Assembly (NCBI GenBank): GCA_037439645.1
Contig: JBBIVQ010000005.1
Location: 10,368 to 74,367 of the forward strand
Reading direction: 5' to 3'
From: Deltaproteobacteria bacterium
GTDB taxonomy: Bacteria; Desulfobacterota; Deferrimicrobia; Deferrimicrobiales; Deferrimicrobiaceae
Length of the DNA stretch: 64,000 nt
Shown here: positions 30,051 to 39,371 of the stretch, piece by piece
How positions within the stretch are numbered: the stretch's first letter is position 1
Layout of the letters: every line of letters begins with the position of its first letter
Translations under genes and position numbers: made by a program
The notes under the pieces: generated by a model
Seen by the model: only the letters and a program-made list of their open reading frames with translations
Told to the model about the DNA's origin: nothing
Database searches by the model: none

Positions 30051-30660
30051 TTATTCTTTTTTCGTCGCTGGAGGCAGATCTAACTTCTGAGCAACATCTG
30101 GCACGGCTACGAAATAGTAACGCCTGTTCATTTTTTTCTTGTTTAGATACCCCCTTTCCGCAAGGTCGAGTAAATCTGCGCTTGCCGTCGCCCGAACGAC
30201 GTTGTGAGAGTTTTTGTGGGATTCAATCGTGTACACCGCGTCCGCGTGTTTCACCGCATGCTGGAGAAGGGCAATTTGCCTGTAGTTCAGGTTGGGAACA
30301 TTGCGCAGCATGGCGATCGCTTTCCGCATTTCATCCTGTTTCCGTGCCAGATAATGGTGCAGCTCCTCAAGTGCCAAATGGATGGCCTTCAGGTGGTAAA
30401 CGAGGAAATACGTGACATCCCGGCCGTCAGTCTCCGCGTACAGATAAGCCTTGGCGTATTGCAGGACGGATTTCAGGATGATCCTGGAGATGCTCGAGTA
30501 CTCAAACATCCAGTAGTTGTGGGAAAGCATGTACCAATAGAAGACAGCCCGGGTCGTTCTCCCGTTCCCGTCCACATACGGATGTTCATAAGCAAGCCAG
30601 AAGTGGAGCAGGATGGCGCGGATCACCGGATGGATGAACGGCTCGTTGTCTTTGTCATTG
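30051..30660 (-). pseudogene. Fic family protein, 5'-truncated
   Basis: HPVIRAILLHFWLAYEHPYVDGNGRTTR Fic motif and C-terminal wHTH; N-terminal half absent. Confidence 0.8.
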
Positions 30661-30783
30661 GTCAGGGGACAAAGACGAAAGGGATATTTCGCGGCCGTTC
30701 AAGCCGGGATTGCGCGCGACTACACACCGATGGAGAAGATCTTTACCGTCGTGATCCGGAGGACTTTCCGAAAACGTGCTTGA
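30661..30783 (+). pseudogene. C-terminal fragment of a second Fic-type toxin
   Basis: RGQRRKGYFAAVQAGIARDYTPMEKIF resembles Fic C-termini; no start. Confidence 0.45.
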
Positions 30784-30883
30784 TCATCGGCTTGGTCTCA
30801 CCTTGGAGGAGTTCGATTTCCTCCTTGGAGAGGTGTATTCCTTCGATGGCCGCGGAGGACGTGACCGTCGTCACTACTCGCAT
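30743..30883 (-). pseudogene. Fic-antitoxin-like fragment
   Basis: TVTSSAAIEGI contains the (S/T)xxxE(G/N) inhibitory motif; convergent with the Fic fragment. Confidence 0.45.
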
Positions 30884-31127
30884 GCAAGACTGACCGAACT
30901 TCTCGAGGAATTCGGTCTCGAACTCCGCATGCCGCATTCCCGGGCGATGGGACAGGGGCTTTTCGAGCTGCGACCGAGAGGGCGGGAAGGAATCGCAAGA
31001 GTTTTCTACTGCACGAGAGTCGGACGGAGGATCGTCATCCTTCACTCGTTCGTGAAGAGAACGGACAAGACGCCGTAGGGAACTCGACATCGCCCGGGCT
31101 CGGCAAAAAGAGGTATGCAGGCCATGA
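30884..31127 (+). pseudogene. RelE/HigB-like (Gp49/DUF891) toxin, truncated and frameshifted
   Basis: LRMPHSRAMGQGLFELR..ARVFYC..IVILHSFVK..KTP, continuing in another frame as ELDIARARQKEV. Confidence 0.8.
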
Positions 31128-31264
31128 AGAGACAAGCACCGACCAGGACGCACCGTCAGATGGTCGCAGCGTGGAAAAAGGATCCCGAATTCCAGGTGGC
31201 GTACGACGAGCTTGATACGGAGTTCGCCCTGCTGCGCCAGTTGCTCGCCGCGAGGATGAGAGCC
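31124..31264 (+). pseudogene. HigA-like antitoxin N-terminus (HTH lost)
   Basis: DPEFQVAYDELDTEFALLRQLLAARMRA then breaks; ATGA-coupled to the toxin. Confidence 0.7.
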
Positions 31265-31312
31265 ATTATGTTCTTGCTCTTGGATTACGAATATCGTAAT
31301 GTGCTTGCGTAG

Positions 31313-31996
31313 ATGCAGAGCCTTACTGAGAAAGTACTCAAGCTGGCGCCTCCTGGCGGGTTGTTCGATGAGACGGTCATCCACAACCTGTTTCCGGACA
31401 TCGGTATCGGCGCGCGCGGCCTGTTGGTGCATCGGGCATGTAAAGCGGGTGAAATCCTGCGCCTGAAACCCGGGCTATTCGTGCTCGGCCAGCCGTATCG
31501 GAGGTCCGAGCCGCACCCTTTCGTGGTGGCGGCCATGCTGCACGCCCCGTCCCACATCAGCCTGGAATCCGCCTTGGCGTATCACGGTCTGATCCCCGAG
31601 GCGGTCTACCAGGTGAGCAGCGTCACGGTCGGGCGCAGCAGGGAGTTCTCCACGCCGCTGGGGGTGTTCAACTTCCGCAGGGTGCCGGCGCGCGCGCCGC
31701 GTGCGGGGGTCGAGGCGGTGGCGGTCACGCGCAGCGCCTGGGCGTTTGTCGCCTCGCCCCTGCGCGCCATCGCCGACAAGGTCTATCTCAACAAGGAGAT
31801 CACCTGGAATCGCAACGGTCCCGGTTACCTGACGGAGTCGCTACGCATCGAGGAGGACGATCTGCGGTCGCTCTCCTTCGAAGCGCTGGACGAGATTCTG
31901 GACAGCATCCGCAGCCGGCGCGTGCAGGCATACCTCGCGGGGTTGAAAGGAGCGGTCGGCAATGCTGGAGAGGGTGTTGAGCGCAAGAATCCGTGA
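31313..31996 (+). CDS. abiEi: Type IV TA antitoxin AbiEi-like
   Basis: ILRLKPGLF, PSHISLESALAYHGLIPEAV, ASPLRAIAD. Confidence 0.82.
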   Translation: MQSLTEKVLKLAPPGGLFDETVIHNLFPDIGIGARGLLVHRACKAGEILRLKPGLFVLGQPYRRSEPHPFVVAAMLHAPSHISLESALAYHGLIPEAVYQVSSVTVGRSREFSTPLGVFNFRRVPARAPRAGVEAVAVTRSAWAFVASPLRAIADKVYLNKEITWNRNGPGYLTESLRIEEDDLRSLSFEALDEILDSIRSRRVQAYLAGLKGAVGNAGEGVERKNP

Positions 31997-32828
31997 CTAC
32001 GCGCCGACGAACAGCGTGGAGCAGGAAAATGTGCTGCAGGAAATCATGCAACACTACGTATTGTCCAGCCTCTCGCGTGCGGGCCTGTTCGCGGAGGCCA
32101 TGTTTCACGGAGGCACTTGCCTGCGCATCGTTTACGGGATGAACCGGTTCTCGGAAGACCTGGATTTCCTTCTCAAACGGCCCGATCCGGATTTCCGCTG
32201 GCAGGGCTACCTGGAGTCTGTTCGAAAGGACTGCGAGGGGGAAGGCATCCCTTTCGAGGTGCAGGACAAGTCCCAGGCCGGAACGGCCGTTCAGAAGGCG
32301 TTCCTGAAGACCGACTCCATCGGCAAGATTCTGGAGTTGGACCTGCCGTTCGAGCGGCATCAAGCCCGGAAGATACGCATCAAGTTGGAGATCGACATCG
32401 ATCCTCCCGCCGGCTCGACGTTTACGACCAGCTACATCACGTTCCCCGTGACGGCGCCGATGACGACGCAGTCCCTCGAATCGGGTTTCGCCCTGAAACT
32501 GCACGCCTTGCTCTGCCGTTCCTACGTCAAAGGACGGGACTGGTTCGACTTCGTGTGGTATGTCGCCCGCAAGACCGCGCCCGATCCGGATCTGCTGAGC
32601 CAGGCATTGCGCCAGCAGGGGCCTTGGGCCGGACAACCGATAGCTGTGACCGGGCAATGGGTGCGGGATAACATGGAGGCGACGATCCGGCGCATTGATT
32701 GGTCCGCGGCTCGAGACGACGTTCAGCGCTTTCTGCCCCTGCGCGAGCAGGAGGGACTTCGCGCGTGGAGTGCCGACTTTTTCCTTCACCACCTCGAGCG
32801 CATGAACGACATTTCCCTCCCGAAATGA
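31962..32828 (+). CDS. abiEii: Type IV TA nucleotidyltransferase toxin AbiEii
   Basis: FHGGTCLRIVYGMNRFSEDLDF, IKLEID, KLHAL, KGRDWFD. Confidence 0.9.
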   Translation: MLERVLSARIRDYAPTNSVEQENVLQEIMQHYVLSSLSRAGLFAEAMFHGGTCLRIVYGMNRFSEDLDFLLKRPDPDFRWQGYLESVRKDCEGEGIPFEVQDKSQAGTAVQKAFLKTDSIGKILELDLPFERHQARKIRIKLEIDIDPPAGSTFTTSYITFPVTAPMTTQSLESGFALKLHALLCRSYVKGRDWFDFVWYVARKTAPDPDLLSQALRQQGPWAGQPIAVTGQWVRDNMEATIRRIDWSAARDDVQRFLPLREQEGLRAWSADFFLHHLERMNDISLPK

Positions 32829-33094
32829 TTTCGGCCGGACCCGACAGGAATTCCCTTTTTCTGCTCGTCGCGGCCGGGGGGAGGACGATCCTTCCGGCCG
32901 TCGTCTTTTCGAAGTCCGGTCGCCGAACAGGCTTCCCGAGCCGATCCGTTCACCGCGACCCGGCTCGTCGATTCCCCGGACCATGTAAAGCCCCAGGCGC
33001 AACGCATCCGACGAACGCTTCGGAAGAAACTTCCCCGAGCCCTTCCCGCTTGGCGCCGGTACCGGATGCGTGACTGGGGGAAGTGAGTGGAACG

Positions 33095-33298
33095 ATGAGG
33101 AGAACGAATTTCGACCGGTATCTGGAAGAGCAACTGCGGGATCCCTCGTTTGCCGCCCGTTTCGAGCGCGCCGGCGAGGCGTGGGATGTGGCGATGCATA
33201 TCGCCGCTCTTCGGCGGCGGGCCGGGCTCTCACAGAAAGACCTCGCGAAGCTTCTCAAGACCTCCCAGCAGCAGATCAGCCGCTTGGAGTCCCCCGGC
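33095..33298 (+). pseudogene. HTH XRE antitoxin, C-terminally truncated
   Basis: FDRYLEEQLRDPSFAARF..LRRRAGLSQKDLAKLLKTSQQQISRLE, then runs antisense into the next gene. Confidence 0.7.
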
Positions 33299-33337
33299 GC
33301 TTCGGGGAATGGAATACCCGTCAGCGGTCACATGCCT

Positions 33338-33705
33338 TCAACGCTTCGCGGCCTGCAGGGCGACCATCCCCTTGATCGCCTCGATGGCCTCTTCCGTGGT
33401 CTTGTTCCGGATGTCGAGGGAGGCCAGGCGCGACCGGTCGAACCCGGCTGCGTCGAGCGCGTCCCGGAGCATCTTCGCCTGCATCTGCGGGTCGCACGCG
33501 GCGATGTACAGAGTGTCCGTATCCCTCCCCGCGAGCAGGACCTTGAGGAATTCCTCCCCGTCCCCTACGCAGAGCTGCGGGTGCAGGCACACGTAGTCGA
33601 AGATCTTCTCCCGGCGGACGTCGGCGAGCACGTTGAAGATGTCCATCTTCTTGAAGCTCGGGCAGGTTCCCTGGCAGTTGCAGAGAATGAATCCTTTTTC
33701 CCCAT
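33338..33705 (-). pseudogene. Small HdrA N-terminal-like Cys protein with a 1-nt frameshift just after the start
   Basis: RBS aaggag, ATG GGG AAAAA GGA; adding one A gives MGKKGFILCNCQGTCPSF...HPQLC...AACDP. Confidence 0.65.
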
Positions 33706-33875
33706 GGCGAACTCCTTTCCATTAATCGTTACATCTACATATATAGATATTATGCCCGGGAAAGCGGAAAAGATCAACGATAATTTCGACACGGATTATT
33801 AGCGACGAGCGCACAAGGTTAGACGGAGGATCGGGAGGAATAAGCGTTTGAGAGGATTGGAGGAGTATCGCCCTG

Positions 33876-34346
33876 TTATATTTCCTTCCCGTGGCCGAAG
33901 AGGACCTTCAGGCGGCGGAGGAGTTCGTCGCGAACGGATCGGAACGCATCGAGGCGGGTTTCCTCCGTGCCGGTGATGGCCGCCGGGTCGGGAAGCGCCC
34001 AGTGGGCACGGTGCGCCTTCCCGAGGAATACGGGGCAGACCTCCTCGGCGCAGAGGGTGATCACGGCGTCGACGGACCCGGCGTCGATGGAATCCAGCCC
34101 TTTGGATCGGTGATCGGAGATATCGAAGCCGATCTCCTTGAGGACCCGGATCGCCTCCGGGCGGACGGAGGAGGGGGCAGACCCGGCGGAACTGATGTGT
34201 AAGCCTTCCGGAGCGAGAAAACGTGCGATCCCTTCGGCCATCTGACTGCGGGCTGAGTTCGCGACGCAAAGGAACAAAATGTGCCTCGGGCGCTTCGCCC
34301 GCAGGGCCTCCGCCTCGGCCCTCCACTCTTCCTGTCGAGCACTCAC
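33876..34346 (-). CDS. arsC: Arsenate reductase (thioredoxin-type, LMW-PTP fold)
   Basis: LFLCVANSARSQMAE, TLCAEEVCP, DPA; GTG start overlapping the arsR stop. Confidence 0.88.
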   Translation of the reverse strand: MSARQEEWRAEAEALRAKRPRHILFLCVANSARSQMAEGIARFLAPEGLHISSAGSAPSSVRPEAIRVLKEIGFDISDHRSKGLDSIDAGSVDAVITLCAEEVCPVFLGKAHRAHWALPDPAAITGTEETRLDAFRSVRDELLRRLKVLFGHGKEI

Positions 34347-34744
34347 CGCTTCGCCGCCCTGCGCTGCCTTCCGGTAAGGGTCATGTTCCTCTCGCAGATC
34401 CCGATGGGGCCGATCGACCTCGCCAGGACCGACCGTTCGCGGTCCTTGGCGATCACGGGATCGTCGTTCAGCCATCCCTGGAGATTTCGCAGCATCCGGC
34501 CCGCGAACGGAGAGTCGGTCCTGCGGTCCAGCGAATAGTAGACCCATTTCCGGTCCCGCCGGTCCTTGATGAGTCCCGCCCCCCGGAGGAGGAAGAGGTG
34601 CTTCGAAACGGTGGACTGTCCGAGGGAGAGGATCGCGATCACCTGGCATACGCACATCTCCCCGCCTTCGAGGATCTTGAGGATCCGTACACGGGTTGGA
34701 TCCGCGGCGGCCTTCAGCACGGTCTCGTAATCGCGCAGCCCCAT
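34343..34744 (-). CDS. arsR: ArsR/SmtB family repressor
   Basis: ADPTRVRIL, EMCVCQ, QSTVSKHL. Confidence 0.9.
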   Translation of the reverse strand: MGLRDYETVLKAAADPTRVRILKILEGGEMCVCQVIAILSLGQSTVSKHLFLLRGAGLIKDRRDRKWVYYSLDRRTDSPFAGRMLRNLQGWLNDDPVIAKDRERSVLARSIGPIGICERNMTLTGRQRRAAKR

Positions 34745-34760
34745 GTGTGCCTTCCACCAT

Positions 34761-34805
34761 ATCGTCAATTAACGAATTGACATTCCGTACCCGTGAAGCG
34801 ATAAT
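34761..34805 (+). promoter_or_regulatory. Sigma70 promoter for arsD-arsA-acr3 with an adjacent candidate ArsR operator
   Basis: TTGACA (34777)-17 bp-GATAAT (34800); imperfect inverted repeat tcgtcaattaacga. Confidence 0.6.
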
Positions 34806-34857
34806 GCGACAGGTACATATTACACGTTCCCGGAATATCCGGGCAAGGAGGCGGATC

Positions 34858-35157
34858 TTGAGAAAGATGGAAATCTACGAGCCGCCGCTGTGCTGTCCGA
34901 CCGGGGTGTGCGGCCCAGCGCCCGATCCCGCCCTGGCGAAGCTCCAGGAGGACATCCTCCGGTGGAAAAAGGTGGGAGTCGCGGTGGAGCGGCTCGCGAT
35001 CAACCAGGTGCCGCAGCGGTTCATGTCCAATCCGACGGTGGTCGACCTGCTGACCCGGGAGGGACAGGAGGTCCTTCCGGTCGCGCTGCTCGACGGGAAG
35101 GTTGTCTGCAAGGGGAAATACCCGACGTACGACCAGGTCACCCGGGAGGGTATGTAA
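34858..35157 (+). CDS. arsD: Arsenite metallochaperone ArsD
   Basis: IYEPPLCCPTGVCGP, LP..L.DG, GKYPT; TTG start after aaggagg. Confidence 0.92.
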   Translation: MRKMEIYEPPLCCPTGVCGPAPDPALAKLQEDILRWKKVGVAVERLAINQVPQRFMSNPTVVDLLTREGQEVLPVALLDGKVVCKGKYPTYDQVTREGM

Positions 35158-35222
35158 GTGCACCCTCTCGAAATAATATCGACGTTCCCGGTGCTTCAAT
35201 CGATTTGCGAGAGGGTACACTG

Positions 35223-35438
35223 ATGCCTACGTACGCCTACCTGTGCCGCGCCTGCGGCCGACCGTTCGAGATCAACATGTCCATTCGGGAGAAAGAAACG
35301 TGGAAACCCCGCTGCCCGGTGTGCGGCAGCGCGAAGGTCGAACAGCATCTGTTCGGATTCTCTTTCGGGGGGACCGGTGGCGGGCAACCCGCCCCCGGCG
35401 GGTGATGCCCCCCCGGCCGCGGCGGTCGCTGCGGGTGA
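35223..35438 (+). CDS. FmdB-family zinc ribbon protein, probable selenoprotein (in-frame UGA at 35403; ends at 35405 without readthrough)
   Basis: MPTYAYLCRACG...CPVCGS; readthrough gives GG-U-C-PPGRGGRCG*; SECIS-like hairpin 11 nt after the UGA. Confidence 0.75.
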
Positions 35439-35488
35439 GATGGGCAATACCGAAACGACGAATCCCGAAAAATGAGGGGTTGCCGACC

Positions 35489-37413
35489 ATGCACAAATAC
35501 ACGTTCTTTTCCGGCAAGGGGGGGGTGGGAAAGACCACCCTTGCGGCGGCCACGGCCTTGCGTACCGCGGCGTCGGGGAAGCGGACCCTGATCGTCTCCA
35601 CCGACCCGGCCAGCAACCTGGCCGACGTCTTCGAGCGCCCCATCGGGAACCGGGTCACGGAGATCGCTCCGAACCTGTTCGCGCTCGAGATCGATCCGGA
35701 TTCCGCCACGAAGGAGTATAGGGAGCGCGCGCTGGCGCCTTTGCGCGCCATCCTTCCGCCGGACGCCATGAAGGTTCTCGAGGAGCAGTTCCGGAGCGCC
35801 TGCACCGTCGAGATCGCCTCGTTCGACCGGTTCACCGATTTCCTCGGGGACACGGCGTTCGACCACGTCGTCTTCGACACCGCGCCCACGGGCCACACGC
35901 TTCGCCTGCTCGAGTTGCCGGTGGACTGGTCCCGCCACATAGAAGAAGCCGCGCGGGGGAACGGCCAGACGTGCATCGGCCCGGTCGCCTCCCTGCAGGG
36001 GGCCAAGGCGAAGTACGACCACGCCATCGCCGCGCTTCGGGATCCCGGGGAGACGGAGTTCACGCTGGTCTGCCGTCCGGAACGGACCTCCGTGGACGAG
36101 CTGCTCCGGGCCCGGGAAGAGCTCCGGACGCTCGGGATCGGAAATTTCCGCATCGTGCTGAACGGGGTGATCCCGGCCGGGGCGGGGGGGCCGTTCGCGA
36201 CCCTGTCCACGTCCCAGCGGGAGCAGGACCGCCGTCTTTCCGCGAAGCTCGACCGGCCCTGCATCGAGGTGCCCCTTCAGGGAGGGGAAGTGAAGGGGCT
36301 TTCCGCGATAGGGAGGTTCGCGGCGATCGCGTTCGACGGGAAGAGGGATTTTCTCCACGGCGGGTTCACGGGCACCCGTCCTTTCACGGGGTTCTCTACC
36401 CCGCACATCCTGAGGGAAATGGTGACCTCCGGCGATGGCCATGGACGGCCAAGTGCCGAGGCGGGCAGGGATGCCCCCGGTTCGGTGGTAGCCTCGGCCA
36501 GCCGGACGGTCGTCCTGACCGGCAAGGGAGGGGTCGGGAAAACCGTCACGGCGTGCGCGCTTGCGGCGCGTCTCGCGCGGGAGGGGAAACGGGTCCTCCT
36601 GGCGACCACCGACCCGGCGGCGCACATCGGGTCGGTCCTTTCGGCGGAGGTATCGAGCCGGGTTCGCCCCGTCCCGGGCTACTCCGGGCTCTTCGCCGTC
36701 CGGATCGACCAGAAGGAAAGCGTCGAAGCGTACAAGGCGAAGATCCTCTCCCAGGCGGCCGCGTCCGGCCACACCGGAGAGATGCTCGCCGTGGTCAAGG
36801 AGGAGCTGGAATCCCCCTGCACGGAGGAGATGGCGGTCTTCGAGGAGTTCTCGGGCCTGGTGGAGCGGGACGATTTCGACGCAGTGATCCTCGACACCGC
36901 CCCCACGGGGCACACGTTGCGCCTCCTCGAGCTGCCGTACGACTACGCCCGCCAGGTCGAGATGATGGTGGCCGTCCGGAAGGACGACGCCGGGGCGTCC
37001 GGCGCCAGGGGGAAGCTCGACGCGCTCGTCCGGCGCCTGAAGGATCCGGAGGCAACGACGTTTCTCCTCGTGATCTACCCGGAGTACACCCCGATCTTCG
37101 AGGCGAAACGGGCCGCGGAAGACCTGAAGGAATCCGGCATCGAGGTCCAGGGCGTCATCGCCAATTTCCTCCTCGACGAGGACGACTGCTCGTCTCCCTT
37201 CTCCCTGTCGCGGTACTTCATGCAGCAGCACTATCTCAAGGTGGCCGAGGAGACGTTCCGGCTGCCGATCTTCAAGGTGCCCATGCTGCCGTCGGAGCCC
37301 GCGGGCGCGGAGGCTCTGTGCACGGTGGGCAGGAAGTTGCTCGGTGAGCCGATGGCGAACATGATCTCCGTGATGGGGATGATGATGGGGGGCAGGGGCG
37401 GGGGCTGCTGCGG

Positions 37414-37417
<4 letters not shown>
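35489..37417 (+). CDS. arsA: Arsenical pump-driving ATPase ArsA (duplicated nucleotide-binding domains)
   Basis: Two GKGGVGKT and two DTAPTGHT motifs; metalloid-binding Cys in SACT, TCIGP, SPCTEE. Confidence 0.95.
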
Positions 37418-38514
<1,097 letters not shown>

Positions 38515-38670
38515 CCCATAAAGATATCGAACATGGAATAAGGTGGGGGGAGATCCGGTTGCGCCGGGGCTGCGGCGGTTGCGGAAATCATGGCGCATTC
38601 CGGGCATGTCCTGGATAGACAACTGGGTCGCGCTCATTTGGTACCTTGAAATTCCCCCACCTGCCGGCGA

Positions 38671-39327
38671 GGATTCGTCCGGACCTTCCTTGAACGGGAT
38701 ATCCCCCGGCTCGGAATCCGGGTTCCTTCGGCAACGCTTCGCCGGTTCTGGGCCATGCTGGGCCACGCCCACGGCCAGGTCTGGAACGCCGCGGAGTTCG
38801 CGCGTTCGTTCGGGGTCGGCGAGTCGACGGTGCGCCGATACCTGGACCTTCTGGCCGGGACCTTCGTCGTCCGCCAGCTCACGCCCTGGCACGAAAACCT
38901 GCGGAAGCGGCAGGGGAAGTCGCCGAAGATCTACTTTACCGACAGCGGGTTACTGCACACCCTGATGCAGACGGAAACGAGGGCGGCCATCCTTGAGCAC
39001 CCGAGGCTGGGCGCATCCTGGGAGGGGTTCGCCCTGCAGGAGGTCATCGCCCGATTCGGGGCCCGGCCAGAGGAGTGTTTCTTCCGGGCGACCCACGGCG
39101 GGGCGGAGCTCGATCTTCTGATCGTGAGGGGAAAGACGCGCCTGGGGTTCGAGTTCAAGAGAACGGATGCGCCTCGCATGACGCCGTCCATGAGATCCGC
39201 CCTGTCGGATCTCCGCCTCGATACCTTGCATGTGGTCCACGCCGGCGAGCACCTGTTCTCGTTGGGGGAAAGGACCCGGGCGGTCCCTATCGGGGGACTG
39301 TTCGATGAGATCCGGCGGCTGAAATAG
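38671..39327 (+). pseudogene. AAA_14/DUF4143 ATP-binding protein, 5'-truncated
   Basis: FVRTFLERDIP..LRRFWAML, KSPKIYFTDSGLLH, GASWEGF, ELDL..FEFK; P-loop region missing. Confidence 0.8.
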
Positions 39328-39371
39328 ATCATTATTCCACCCCGGTTCGGTTCGAGCGGTCGGCGGTTCGC

